Source of the DNA: a bacterium
GTDB taxonomy: Bacteria; Patescibacteriota; Minisyncoccia; Moranbacterales; UBA1568
NCBI GenBank assembly: GCA_021821305.1
Contig: JAKACP010000001.1
Coordinates: 330,453 to 394,452 of the forward strand
DNA: 64,000 nucleotides
Direction of reading: 5' to 3'
In this document: positions 32,334 through 42,305 of the stretch, piece after piece
How the letters are laid out: each line of letters opens with the position of its first letter
Numbering within the stretch: position 1 is the stretch's first letter
Translations under genes and position numbers: made by a program
The notes under the pieces: model-generated
Told to the model about the DNA's origin: nothing
The model's database searches: none
Seen by the model: the letters and a program-made list of their open reading frames with translations, nothing else

Positions 32334-33413
32334 TCAAAGGGCGAGATTGGAGTCCGCATCGAGCGACAGAGCGTCGGTCGCGAGTCGGTCGCGATCTTCG
32401 GCTCCCATGTGTCCGTAGCGGAAGACCGCAGCCGAGCCGATCATCGCCGCGTTGTCGAGAGAATACTTGAATTCCGGCATCATGAACGTCGTCTCCGGAA
32501 AATCGCGCAAGACGAGCTCGCGCATCCGGTCGCGCAGGCGCGTATTGGCCGAGACGCCGCCGGCGATGATGACGGTCGTGGGGGAATACGCTTCGATCGC
32601 TTTTCCGGTCTTGGCGACGAGGACGTCGACGACGGCTTCCTGGAATTCGTGCGCGACCGCATCGATGAAGTGCGTATCGTTTTTCCGCGCCTCGTTCTCT
32701 TTCATCAGATACAGCACCGCCGTCTTGAGTCCCGAGAAGGAAAAGTCGAGATTGTCGGAATCGATCATCGGGCGCGGCAACGGGAATTCCGGATTCTTCC
32801 CCGGTTCGTGATTCTCCGCCCGCGCGGCGATCGCCGGTCCTCCGGGATAAGGGAGACCGAGGAGCCGGGCCGCCTTGTCGAACGCCTCACCGGCCGCGTC
32901 ATCGCGCGTCTCGCCGAGGATCTCATATCGGAAGTGATCCCGCATCAAGACGAGCTGCGTATGGCCGCCGGATACGATGAGGGCGAGGAGCGGGAACGAA
33001 TCGGTCTTGTCGGGATCCGTTCCGATGAAGTTGGCGTAGATGTGTCCTTCGAGGTGATTCACGCCGAGCAGGGGTTTTTTCCAGACGAGCGAGAGGGTCT
33101 TGGCGGCCGAGACGCCGATCAGGAGCGCGGGGATGAGACCGGGTCCCTTGGTGACGGCGATCGCGGAGAGATCGTCCGGGGCGATGCCGCCCTTGCGGAT
33201 CGCATCCTCGACGACCGGGATGATGTTCTCGACGTGCTCGCGCGCGGCAAGGTTCGGGACCACGCCGCCGTACTTGGCATGCAGCTCGATCTGGGTCCTC
33301 ACGACGGACGAGAGGACGGTGACTTTCCCGTCGACCACGCCGACCACGGCCGCCGCGGTCTCATCGCAGGAGGTCTCGATCGCGAGTATAGTGATGTCGT
33401 GTGAATCGTTCAT
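32334..33413 (-). CDS. tsaD: tRNA N6-adenosine threonylcarbamoyltransferase
   Basis: IETSCDET, HLEGH, SGGHT, DNAAMIG. Confidence 0.96.
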   Translation of the reverse strand: MNDSHDITILAIETSCDETAAAVVGVVDGKVTVLSSVVRTQIELHAKYGGVVPNLAAREHVENIIPVVEDAIRKGGIAPDDLSAIAVTKGPGLIPALLIGVSAAKTLSLVWKKPLLGVNHLEGHIYANFIGTDPDKTDSFPLLALIVSGGHTQLVLMRDHFRYEILGETRDDAAGEAFDKAARLLGLPYPGGPAIAARAENHEPGKNPEFPLPRPMIDSDNLDFSFSGLKTAVLYLMKENEARKNDTHFIDAVAHEFQEAVVDVLVAKTGKAIEAYSPTTVIIAGGVSANTRLRDRMRELVLRDFPETTFMMPEFKYSLDNAAMIGSAAVFRYGHMGAEDRDRLATDALSLDADSNLAL

Positions 33414-33464
33414 GATGCTTTACTTTATTCCGTTTTGTGATAGAACACAAGGAAGGCATACCCT

Positions 33465-34043
33465 ATGGAAAAGAAGGCATATACCGACGCTGAGCTCGCG
33501 CTCCGTTCCCGGAAGGGCGATCAGGCCGCTTTTCAGGAGCTCGTGTCGCGGTATCGGGAAAAGCTCTCGCTCTACCTCCGCCACCTGACTCTCGGCCGTG
33601 ACGAATCGGAGGATCTCGTCCAGGACGTGTTCATGAAGGCGTACCGCGCACTCGGGAGTTTCGACGGGAGACGCCGGTTCTCGCCGTGGATCTATCGGAT
33701 CGCGCACAACGAGGCGATCAACTACCTGAAGCGCAAGAGCCGCCGCCGAGTCGTCTCCTGGGAGGATATTTCGGATTCACAAGACGAGCTCGAGGCCGCA
33801 CAGATTGCCGATACGCCGGAGGAACTGTGGGCGAACGAAGAGGATCGGGAGAGGGTGCGTCACGCGCTCAGCGAACTGTCTGAGCCGTATCGCGAGGTGC
33901 TCATACTCCGGTACTATCTCGACAAGTCCTACACCGAGATGAGCGAGATACTCGGCAAGCCGGAGAATACCATCGCGAGCACCCTGAGCCGGGCGAAAAA
34001 GAAGCTGGCGCAACGGTTGGACCGGCGAAAGAAGCCGAGATGA
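33465..34043 (+). CDS. ECF sigma-70 factor
   Basis: EDLVQDVF, WIYRIAHN, region 4 SY-EMSEILG. Confidence 0.9.
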   Translation: MEKKAYTDAELALRSRKGDQAAFQELVSRYREKLSLYLRHLTLGRDESEDLVQDVFMKAYRALGSFDGRRRFSPWIYRIAHNEAINYLKRKSRRRVVSWEDISDSQDELEAAQIADTPEELWANEEDRERVRHALSELSEPYREVLILRYYLDKSYTEMSEILGKPENTIASTLSRAKKKLAQRLDRRKKPR

Positions 34044-34125
34044 ACGACGACATCAGGATTTCATAAAAACATCCGCGAGTGGCGGATGTTTTTTGTTTCT
34101 TGTTCCGGCGGGCGCGGCTACTGCT

Positions 34126-34374
34126 TCAGCGCAGAGCTTTGAGCGCGGCGATCAGGACGATGGCGCCGACCAAAGCTACTGCGAAACTGCCGATGTTGAA
34201 GCCGGTCACGCCGCCACCGATGCCCAGGAGGCTGAAAATCCAGCTGCCGAGCATGGCGCCGACGATACCGACGATGATATTGAGGATGATACCTTGCTGT
34301 CCGTCGGTGTCCATCAGCACCGAGGCGATCCAACCGACCAGCCCTCCGAAAATGATATAGATGAGGAGACTCAT
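34126..34374 (-). CDS. GlsB/YeaQ/YmgE (transglycosylase-associated) membrane protein
   Basis: GGLVGWIAS...NIIVGIVGA...GAIVL. Confidence 0.88.
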   Translation of the reverse strand: MSLLIYIIFGGLVGWIASVLMDTDGQQGIILNIIVGIVGAMLGSWIFSLLGIGGGVTGFNIGSFAVALVGAIVLIAALKALR

Positions 34375-34394
34375 AGGGGTACGCGTGAATGGGA

Positions 34395-34751
34395 TTATTT
34401 GTCCTGCTGATCAAGCTTCATCGCCGCTTCGGGCGTGGAAACGGTCTTGCCCATCACCAAGAGTTTGATTATACCCCAAGCCACGACGTAATAGACGAAC
34501 ATCGCGAGGATGGTGGTCCACTCGAAGACGCTTCCCTGCGCTTTGGTGACATTGAACACCGCGGCAAAGGGAGTGGCAAACGGTGCCGTGACCGCATAGA
34601 TGAAACTGGTGAACCCGGCTTCGGCATTGGCACCGAGGAGTTTCAACACGAAACGGAACGCGAGAAGAACCTCGACGAGGCCCAAGATATACCAGACGAT
34701 CTGCGTGCCACGATAGAGCGGTTGTGTGCTGCCTGATGATTGCGCGTCCAT
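34395..34751 (-). CDS. YggT-like membrane protein
   Basis: LAFRFVLKLLGAN...FIYAVTAPFATPF. Confidence 0.75.
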   Translation of the reverse strand: MDAQSSGSTQPLYRGTQIVWYILGLVEVLLAFRFVLKLLGANAEAGFTSFIYAVTAPFATPFAAVFNVTKAQGSVFEWTTILAMFVYYVVAWGIIKLLVMGKTVSTPEAAMKLDQQDK

Positions 34752-34935
34752 ATGTTTTGAGCTAGATGATTACTGGCGACATCCCGATACGGCTGCGTAG
34801 ACCCATATCGTGTGTAATGAAAAATTGTAGCTCTATGAATGAAGTATACTCCTCCTAGCCGATAATAGCGAACGATCGTATGAAAATGAATGAAACAAAA
34901 GACACCGTCAGGTGACGGTGTCTTATTGAAGAATG

Positions 34936-35007
34936 TAGCCCGTAGGGGAGTCGAACCCCTCTTACCAGGATGAAAACCTGGCGTCCTAACCGATAGACGA
35001 ACGGGCC
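34936..35007 (-). tRNA. tRNA-Glu(TTC)
   Basis: Anticodon loop TTTTCAT. Confidence 0.94.
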
Positions 35008-35064
35008 AAGTAAAATGTCAAAACTAAGTGCTATTAAAGCAAGAGTAGCGAATTATAGCAAGAG

Positions 35065-36315
35065 TCAGGATTCCAGGGTATTCGTTTCCGCAATCCGCGC
35101 GTACGCGCGAGCGCTTTCGCGGATGGCGCGGCCTTGGGTCGTGCGGTCGACGGCGACGAGGCCGAATCGGAGCCAATACCCCTTGTCCCACTCGAAGTTG
35201 TCGAGAAGCGACCAGTAGAAATAGCCGCGTACGTCGACGCCGTCGGCGATCGCGTGATGCATGGCGGCAAGCGCACGCGGGATGAATTCCCGTCGGAGTT
35301 CATCGGAGGCATCCGCCAGACCGTTTTCGGTGATATATATGGGTTTGCCGTAGCGTCGCAACTCCATGAGCGCCTGATAGATGGATTCCGGGTGGAACTC
35401 CCAGCCGAAATCAGTCTGTCGTTCGTTCGGATTCTTCCCGAAACCGTTGTCGATGACGTTTCGGTTGTAGTGGTTGAGGCCGATGAAGTCCTGATGTTTT
35501 CCGATGCGGTTCAGGAAGTAGAGATTCCACCCGTAGTCGGCGGCGGCCTTGAGCGCGCGGTTGACCGGGGTCGGACGCACCATTTCGAATACGACCTGAT
35601 GCTTGGCGATGCCGATCTGCGCTTCCGGGAAATTTTCCTTGATCGTCGCGTATGCGAGTCGGTGTGCGTCGATAAGGCGGTGTATGGACTTCAGGAAGAG
35701 GCGCACGCTTTTTTTCTGCGGCGGCCAGGCGCCTTTCATGTATGCATGCGAGGAGACGACATCGGGTTCGTTGAGCGTGATCCAGAACTTCACGTCGTTC
35801 CCGAGCGACGAGACGATCTTCTCCGTGTATATGCGGAACCGTTCCGGGAAATCCGACGCGGTCGTTCCGCCACGTTCCGAGAGCCACAATGGGAGCGTCC
35901 AGTGCCAGAGTGTGACGAAGGGCTCGATGCCGCGCGCGCGGAGCGATCGGATCATCTGCCGGTAGCGGTCGATCGCGGTCTCGTCGAAGACGCCTTCCTC
36001 GGGTTCGATCCGCGACCACTCGATCGAGAAGCGGTAGGCCTTGAGATGGAGTTCGCTCAGGATATCGAAATCTTCCTCATAGCGGTTCCAAGAGTCGCAG
36101 GCGATTCCGGAGAGGTAATTCGCGGGGTCGATCGCCTCCTTTTCGAATTTTTTCCAGTTCGGGTTCCAGCGGAAGGACGCTTCCGATTCGGCCGCGAGGC
36201 GCTCGGCGTTGGCCGCTTCCCATTCGCTCCAGTCGTTGTGCTGACCGCCCTCGATCTGATGCGAGGCGGTCGCCGCGCCCCAGAGGAAGCCTTCCGGAAA
36301 TTCGAGTTTTGGCAT
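35065..36315 (-). CDS. Glycoside hydrolase family 1 (beta-glucosidase)
   Basis: FLWGAATASHQIEG, TLNEP, ITENG, WSLLDNFEW. Confidence 0.94.
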   Translation of the reverse strand: MPKLEFPEGFLWGAATASHQIEGGQHNDWSEWEAANAERLAAESEASFRWNPNWKKFEKEAIDPANYLSGIACDSWNRYEEDFDILSELHLKAYRFSIEWSRIEPEEGVFDETAIDRYRQMIRSLRARGIEPFVTLWHWTLPLWLSERGGTTASDFPERFRIYTEKIVSSLGNDVKFWITLNEPDVVSSHAYMKGAWPPQKKSVRLFLKSIHRLIDAHRLAYATIKENFPEAQIGIAKHQVVFEMVRPTPVNRALKAAADYGWNLYFLNRIGKHQDFIGLNHYNRNVIDNGFGKNPNERQTDFGWEFHPESIYQALMELRRYGKPIYITENGLADASDELRREFIPRALAAMHHAIADGVDVRGYFYWSLLDNFEWDKGYWLRFGLVAVDRTTQGRAIRESARAYARIAETNTLES

Positions 36316-36326
36316 ATCGTTTCAGT

Positions 36327-36866
36327 ATGAAAATCCTTACCCGATCATTCTATCACAAGGACACGCTCGAGGTCGCCCGCGGACTCCTCGGAAGCGTGCT
36401 CGTTCGCCGGGTGGGACGGAAGACCGTCCGGGCGCGGATCGTGGAGACGGAGGCGTACGTCGGCGAGGACGACCTCGCGTGCCACGCTTCGAAGGGCCGG
36501 ACGAAGCGGACCGAGGTGATGTACGGCGAGGCGGGACACGCGTATGTCTACATGATCTACGGGATGTACCACTGTCTCAACATCGTGACGGAAGCGAAGG
36601 ATTTCCCGTCGGCGGTGCTCATCCGCGCCGTGGAAATCGACGGGGTGCCCCGCAAGGAGACGGACGGCCCCGGAAAACTCTGTCGATTCCTCGACATCGA
36701 CCGGAGCCTGAACGGGTGGGATGTGACGCGCGGCGGGAAACTGTGGATCGAATCCGGAAAACCATCCGACGATGAAATCGTCTCAGCGGCGAAACGGGTC
36801 GGCATCGACTACGCGGGACACTGCCGGGAGTATCCCTGGCGGTTTGTCTTGGAAGGGAAAAAATGA
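36327..36866 (+). CDS. mpg: DNA-3-methyladenine glycosylase (AAG/MPG family)
   Basis: IVETEAY, YVYMIYG, AVLIRA, GPGKLC. Confidence 0.92.
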   Translation: MKILTRSFYHKDTLEVARGLLGSVLVRRVGRKTVRARIVETEAYVGEDDLACHASKGRTKRTEVMYGEAGHAYVYMIYGMYHCLNIVTEAKDFPSAVLIRAVEIDGVPRKETDGPGKLCRFLDIDRSLNGWDVTRGGKLWIESGKPSDDEIVSAAKRVGIDYAGHCREYPWRFVLEGKK

Positions 36867-36898
36867 GAAGCTGGGGTCATACATGAATCGGCCATCCT

Positions 36899-37174
36899 AT
36901 GGGTTTCGAAGATATCACCCGATCATCGGAAGCGGAGTCCCGGATGTCCGAGGAATCCTTTTTCCTGACGGAGCAGAAGGTGCTCGAGGAACTGTTCGGC
37001 GATGACGGGGAGAAAGCCTCCGAGTGGCTTCTCCGTGACGGCGGGCACAACGGCGCGCTGCTTCGCGAAGCGACCGAACGGCACCTGCGTTCATCCGGAA
37101 GCGACTCGGATATCGTTCTCCGGATCGCGGATGAACTGCGCTTTCATCCCGAAGATCTCCGGGAGGCCGCGTGA
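36899..37174 (+). CDS. Hypothetical protein
   Basis: Acidic 91-aa ORF filling the intergenic space. Confidence 0.5.
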   Translation: MGFEDITRSSEAESRMSEESFFLTEQKVLEELFGDDGEKASEWLLRDGGHNGALLREATERHLRSSGSDSDIVLRIADELRFHPEDLREAA

Positions 37175-37177
37175 GAG

Positions 37178-39265
37178 TTATTCCAGATGGATCTTTTCTT
37201 CGAATTTCCTGAGTTCGTCGCGGAGCAGGGGGTGGTGTTCGAGTGACGGATCCTCGGCGAGAAGCCGCGCCGCTTCCGTACGGGCGATCTCGATGAGCTT
37301 GAGATTGGTCAGGTTTTCCATGGAAACATCGGGCAGTCCGGACTGGCGCGTGCCGAAGAAGCTTCCCGGACCGCGGAGCGCGAGATCGGCTTCGGCTATC
37401 TCGAACCCGCTTGCGCTTTTCTCGAGCGCCTCGAGGCGGGCGTTCTTCGCGGAGACACCTTCTCCGGGGAAGAGGAAACAGTAGGACTGGTGTTCGGACC
37501 GGCCGACCCGGCCGCGGAACTGATGGAGCTGTGAAAGTCCGAAGCGTTCGGCGTTCTCGATCAGGATGACGCTCGCGTTTGGGATGTCGATACCGACCTC
37601 GATGACGGAGGTGGCGACGAGGATATCGGATTTTCCGAGACGGAAGTCCTCCATGATCGCTTCCTTTTCCTTGGCCTTGAGTTTGCCGTGGACGAGCGCG
37701 ATGCGCAGGTCGGGGAAGACTTCCTTTTGCAGGCGCTCCGCTTCCGCGGTCGCGGCCTTCACGTCCTCCATCGCCTCGGATTCCTCGACCAAAGGCGAGA
37801 TGACGAATGCCTGCCGTCCGTCCGCGATCTCCTTGCGGATGAAATCATAGATGACCTCGCGGTCCGCGCGGTTGTGCGCGATCCGGGTCTTGATCGGTTT
37901 GCGGTCTTTCGGGAGCTCGTCGAGCACGGAGAGGTCGAGATCGCCGAAGAAGGCGAGCGCGAGCGTCCGCGGGATCGGGGTCGCGGTCATGGTGAGGAAA
38001 TGCGGGACCGCGTCCTGGAGCCCGTCGTTGATCTCGGAGGCGCGGAGCTGGAGCGATGCGCGCTGTTCGACGCCGAAGCGGTGCTGTTCGTCCACGACGA
38101 CGAGCGCGAGATTCCGGAAACGGATCTTCTCCTGGAGGATAGCGTGCGTACCGATGATGACGCGCGGGATGCCCGCCTGTATGGCCTTGATGAGCGACGG
38201 CTTTTTGACGGGGTCGCGGTTGAGCGCCTGATATTCGCGGGTGAGGAGCGCTATCGAGAACGGTTCGTCGGCGAACAGGCGCGACAGGCTCTCCCAGTGC
38301 TGGCGGGCGAGGACCGCGGTCGGCGCGAGTATGACCGACTGGTATCCGGCGAGCGCCGCAGCGCGGAGCGCGAGCCCGGCGACCACGGTCTTACCCGATC
38401 CGACGTCGCCGTTGAGGAGTCTATTCATCGGGCGGGGCCGCGCGAGGTCATCTTGTATCTCGGTCGCGGCTTTTTTCTGCGCCCGAGTAAGGACGAAGGG
38501 GAGGGCATCCATGAAGGCCTCGGTCGCTTTCCGGTCCGAAGGGATCGGCACCGCGGCCGCCGTATCGAAGAGCGCCTTCGCCTGGAGGGAGCGGAGTTCG
38601 AGAGTGAGCATCTCATCCCAGGCGAAACGCTTACGGGCGACCTGCCAATCGTTCTCATCGGCCGGGAAATGCACCGATCGTATCGCGGCTCCCAAGGTCG
38701 GCAGGTGGAGGCGCTCGAGGATGTCCTTCGGAACGGGATCGGGAATCGATTTCAGCTGTTTGAGGATCTCGATGATCTGCCAGCGGAAGAATCGTGACGT
38801 CACGCCGGCGGTTTCGGGATATATGGGTATGAGGCGCGCGGTATGCGTCGCCGTCCTCGCCGAGCGCTCATAGTCGGGACCCTGGAAGAGGAGTCCCTTC
38901 TTGTCCTCGGAGACCTTGCCGGAGAGCCGCACCGAGAGCCCTTCGCTCAGGGTCGCGGCGATGAAGCGGTTGCCGAACCATATCGCGCGGACCGTACCGG
39001 ATCCGTCGTCGAGCGTCGCCTCGGTCAGGTAGACGTGTTTGTGGAATGTCCGACCGGCGCTGAGCCGGGTGATCGTCCCTTCGACCGTGCAGAGGTCTCC
39101 CGGAGCGAGGTCGGCGATCGGCTTCACCGCGGAATAGTCCTCGTAGTGACGGGGAATATGCCGGAGGAGGTCACCCACGGTCGTGAGCTCGAGGCGTTTC
39201 AGGCGTCCGAGCACGTTTTTCTTGAAAGCGGGGATTTCCGCAAGCGGCGTATCGAGTGTGAACAT
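37178..39265 (-). CDS. recG: ATP-dependent DNA helicase RecG
   Basis: GDVGSGKT, DEQHRFG, MTATPIPRT, QFRGRVGR. Confidence 0.96.
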   Translation of the reverse strand: MFTLDTPLAEIPAFKKNVLGRLKRLELTTVGDLLRHIPRHYEDYSAVKPIADLAPGDLCTVEGTITRLSAGRTFHKHVYLTEATLDDGSGTVRAIWFGNRFIAATLSEGLSVRLSGKVSEDKKGLLFQGPDYERSARTATHTARLIPIYPETAGVTSRFFRWQIIEILKQLKSIPDPVPKDILERLHLPTLGAAIRSVHFPADENDWQVARKRFAWDEMLTLELRSLQAKALFDTAAAVPIPSDRKATEAFMDALPFVLTRAQKKAATEIQDDLARPRPMNRLLNGDVGSGKTVVAGLALRAAALAGYQSVILAPTAVLARQHWESLSRLFADEPFSIALLTREYQALNRDPVKKPSLIKAIQAGIPRVIIGTHAILQEKIRFRNLALVVVDEQHRFGVEQRASLQLRASEINDGLQDAVPHFLTMTATPIPRTLALAFFGDLDLSVLDELPKDRKPIKTRIAHNRADREVIYDFIRKEIADGRQAFVISPLVEESEAMEDVKAATAEAERLQKEVFPDLRIALVHGKLKAKEKEAIMEDFRLGKSDILVATSVIEVGIDIPNASVILIENAERFGLSQLHQFRGRVGRSEHQSYCFLFPGEGVSAKNARLEALEKSASGFEIAEADLALRGPGSFFGTRQSGLPDVSMENLTNLKLIEIARTEAARLLAEDPSLEHHPLLRDELRKFEEKIHLE

Positions 39266-39296
39266 AGAGATGCCTCCAGCATAGCAGGGGTGTCGA

Positions 39297-39457
39297 GAGC
39301 CTGTCTAATAAGTCTCTTTCGTCGCGATTTTCCAAAATTTCGAGCGAAAAACGTACGGATGGAGGAGGGCTACTCGGAGGGTAGCCAGACGAGATACGGA
39401 CGTTTTACAGCCGAAATTTTGGAAATGCAGCGGAATACGGGCTTTTTAGACAGGCTC
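39297..39457 (+). mobile_element. MITE-like structured repeat, copy 4
   Basis: TIR GAGCCTGTCTAA/TTAGACAGGCTC; internal CGAGCGAAAA, GAGGAGG, GACGAG and CAGCCGAAAT motifs. Confidence 0.72.
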
Positions 39458-39604
39458 TAAGGAAAAAAAAGAACCCCGACGCGTAAAGGGGATAGCGTCG
39501 GGGTTAAGAACCGCCTATGGATTTACCCGTTCTGGCGGGTGAGGAACGGACCAAGGAGTATCCGTTCCGAAATCCATGACGGGGGACACACGAATCAGGT
39601 CACA

Positions 39605-39976
39605 TCAGAACATCGACAGGCGCTCGGCCGGGATGGGGGTGAAGCGTCGCTTGGCCCCCGGATTGAGCGTGTCGTCGTTCGCGAGTTTCCTTCTGACGGG
39701 GACATCGTTGCCGAGGCCGAGCTCGCCGAGCATGTCACGTACGAATGACTCGTCGATTTCGAACGTCGTCCGGGTGGGCGAGGTCGGCTTCATGAGTACC
39801 CGGGTCTTGTCGGTATGCAGGGAAAACCCGGCGCCGTTGTTTTTCAGGAATGTCTCGAGGCCTTTCCGTATGCCGACGCGGTCCTGCGGATCCGGTTCAC
39901 GATTGAGTTCAAGGGTGATATTTCCGGTTCCGATGTTGAGCCACGCGGCGACACAGAAAAGAGGGGATCGGTTCAT
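39605..39976 (-). CDS. Hypothetical protein
   Basis: ORF with GGAG SD before ATG at 39976. Confidence 0.5.
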   Translation of the reverse strand: MNRSPLFCVAAWLNIGTGNITLELNREPDPQDRVGIRKGLETFLKNNGAGFSLHTDKTRVLMKPTSPTRTTFEIDESFVRDMLGELGLGNDVPVRRKLANDDTLNPGAKRRFTPIPAERLSMF

Positions 39977-40067
39977 GTGAATCTCCAAGAATGTGAAGGG
40001 ACGAAACAAGACTTCCTTGTGAAGAAGTCTTGTTATTTAAGCAGGAAATATACCTTTTGTCAATATG

Positions 40068-40139
40068 TGCGCTCGGCAGGAATCGAACCTGCATCGCCTC
40101 CTTCGGAGGGAGGCGTCCTATCCATTGAACGACGAGCGC
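40068..40139 (-). tRNA. tRNA-Arg(CCG)
   Basis: Anticodon loop CTCCGAA. Confidence 0.93.
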
Positions 40140-40151
40140 GATTTTTTGGTG

Positions 40152-40224
40152 TGCGCTTGGCAGGAATCGAACCTGCGACCTTCTGGACCGCAACCAGACG
40201 CTCTATCCACTGAGCTACAAGCGC
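40152..40224 (-). tRNA. tRNA-Arg(GCG)
   Basis: Anticodon loop TTGCGGT. Confidence 0.9.
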
Positions 40225-40271
40225 AAATTTTTCTATCTTCTTCAACCAGTCAACTAGCTTGAAGTTGCGGT

Positions 40272-40341
40272 ACCGCAACCAGACGCTCCCCGCCCGAACG
40301 TACCGTTCGGTACGGGCGGGTATCCACTGAGCTACAAGCGC
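40272..40341 (-). pseudogene. Duplicated 5' half of tRNA-Arg(GCG) interrupted by a 32-nt palindrome
   Basis: Identical to the first 38 nt of the adjacent tRNA once 40289-40320 is removed. Confidence 0.85.
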
Positions 40342-40417
40342 AAAAAGAAACACAGCCCTCCAAGTATCTCTCTCAAATCTCCGTATTCTGCTGCAACAAT
40401 GCTCTTTTGAGGGCTCA

Positions 40418-41005
40418 CTAAATATGGAATATTCTCTCGATCGTGTCAATGAGCCCCGGCTCGTACTTCTGCTCGGGGACAAATGGTGCTATGAGGCTCC
40501 GTATCGCCTGGGGGTTCTGTTCGGCGAGCGGTATATGCACGTGGGATATGAGCAGACCGTCGGTCCGGATGATGAGGTGCTTGGGGAAATCCGGATGATC
40601 CTCGAGAATCCAGAACGAGGCGATATCGTCGTATTCGTAGAATTCCCGTCCGACGGAGATACCCTTGTCCATCACCGCGTACCGGACCGGTTCCTCGGGG
40701 CGGTTGAGCGAGAGATAGCCCACCATGCCGATGAGGATGAAGACGATGGCCATGAGCGGGCTGTCGGTGTAGATGGCATAGGCCACGATGACGATGAGCG
40801 CCGCGATGGCTATCGTGACGGCTCTCGAGCCGAACTGTGCGGGCTCATGCTCGAGCGTTTCCCACTGGGCGAGGACTTTGCCGCTCTTCCGATCGGAAAT
40901 CGGAGGGGAGGCGGTTTTCGGGGCCGGATCCTCTATCGGTTCCGGCTTCCCGCCGAGAAAGGGCGAGCCGTTGGCGGATCCGGGCGTCTTCATGTCGAAA
41001 CTCAT
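40418..41005 (-). CDS. Hypothetical two-TM membrane protein
   Basis: W-E...TM-TM...Y-DIASFWI pattern. Confidence 0.75.
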   Translation of the reverse strand: MSFDMKTPGSANGSPFLGGKPEPIEDPAPKTASPPISDRKSGKVLAQWETLEHEPAQFGSRAVTIAIAALIVIVAYAIYTDSPLMAIVFILIGMVGYLSLNRPEEPVRYAVMDKGISVGREFYEYDDIASFWILEDHPDFPKHLIIRTDGLLISHVHIPLAEQNPQAIRSLIAPFVPEQKYEPGLIDTIERIFHI

Positions 41006-41117
41006 AGGCGTGGCGACAAGGATGATCGATTCTTATCTCGGATTATACCATAGGTACGGCCACGCTTCACAAACCACCCGGGGTTTGCTAGCCTGATGGA
41101 ACATCGGATGGAGACAG

Positions 41118-41204
41118 GGAGGAGTGGCCGAGTGGTTGAAGGCAACAGTCTTGAAAACTGTCATACCGGAAACGGTATCGTGAGTTCGAATCTCACCTCC
41201 TCCG
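41118..41204 (+). tRNA. tRNA-Ser(TGA)
   Basis: Long variable arm, anticodon loop CTTGAAA. Confidence 0.94.
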
Positions 41205-41229
41205 CAGTAATTCCTTAACGTGGAGATCT

Positions 41230-41547
41230 ATGAAAAGAGCGGTGAAGGGGTTTCTCGACTTCGTCCGGGAACAGGGAGTTGTCGGTCTCGCGATCGGTTT
41301 CATATTGGGCGGCGCGGTATCCAAAGTGGTATCGGCGCTCGTGACCGATATCATCAACCCGATCATCTCGTTCTTGATCGGATCGAACGAAGGACTGAAG
41401 GAAACGCATATCGCGCTCGGCGACGCGAAGATCATGTGGGGGGATTTCCTGTCCGTCATCATCGACTTCCTTATCATCGCCGCGGTCATCTATTTCGGAT
41501 TCAAGGGACTGGGCCTCGATAAGCTCGACAAGAAGAAGGAGAAGTAG
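41230..41547 (+). CDS. mscL: Large-conductance mechanosensitive channel
   Basis: VVGLAIGFILGGA...LVTDIINP...GDFLSVIIDFLII. Confidence 0.88.
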   Translation: MKRAVKGFLDFVREQGVVGLAIGFILGGAVSKVVSALVTDIINPIISFLIGSNEGLKETHIALGDAKIMWGDFLSVIIDFLIIAAVIYFGFKGLGLDKLDKKKEK

Positions 41548-41579
41548 GCACCCTCCCGATAATACGTGGTATCGACACC

Positions 41580-42239
41580 ATGACGGAGGAATCGGACAAT
41601 CATCCTCTGAACGAGTCCTATCTCCGTGCGAAGGAGGTGCTTCGGCGCGCGGATGCGAGCGTTGCCCCGGCGAGCGGGGACGGCCGGATTCCTCCGGGAC
41701 AGCGTCCTGTGGAATGGATGGTCGCAATGCCGCCTATCATCGCGGATTATCCGCACGTGCCGAAATCGGAGTGGAAACTCCGTGTGTTCGGCGAGGTGGC
41801 ACATGAACGGGAATATGATTGGAACGGCATACGGAAGTTTCCGGTCGTGGAGTACGAAATCGATTTCCACTGCGTCACGCACTGGTCCAAATTGGGGCAG
41901 AAATTCTCGGGCGTTCCGTTCCGATCGATCGCCGAGGCAGCGGGGCCGCTCGACACGGTGAAGCATGTCATCTTCGAATGCGCCGACGGATATACGACGA
42001 ACGTGCCGTATGGCGAGCTTGTCGAACACGAGGCCTTCCTCGCGCTCCGTATGGACGGGCAGGATATCGAGGACCGCTACGGCGGGCCGGCGCGGATGGT
42101 CATCCCGCACCTGTACGGGTGGAAGAGCGCCAAACACGTCATCGGTATCCGATTCCAGTCCCAGGATGAGCCGGGATTCTGGGAGACCCGCGGGTATCAC
42201 AATCACGGCGATGCCTTCCGGGAGGAACGATACTCCTAA
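41580..42239 (+). CDS. Sulfite oxidase-like molybdopterin-binding oxidoreductase (YuiH/MsrP family)
   Basis: PPGQ, DFHCVTHWS, GYTTN, GGPAR, YGWKSAK, GFWE-RGYH. Confidence 0.9.
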   Translation: MTEESDNHPLNESYLRAKEVLRRADASVAPASGDGRIPPGQRPVEWMVAMPPIIADYPHVPKSEWKLRVFGEVAHEREYDWNGIRKFPVVEYEIDFHCVTHWSKLGQKFSGVPFRSIAEAAGPLDTVKHVIFECADGYTTNVPYGELVEHEAFLALRMDGQDIEDRYGGPARMVIPHLYGWKSAKHVIGIRFQSQDEPGFWETRGYHNHGDAFREERYS

Positions 42240-42305
42240 GTGCCCGGTTTCTTTTTCTTTCGGAAAGGGATATAATCGAGGCGTAAACCGTATCAAGGGA
42301 AACAT

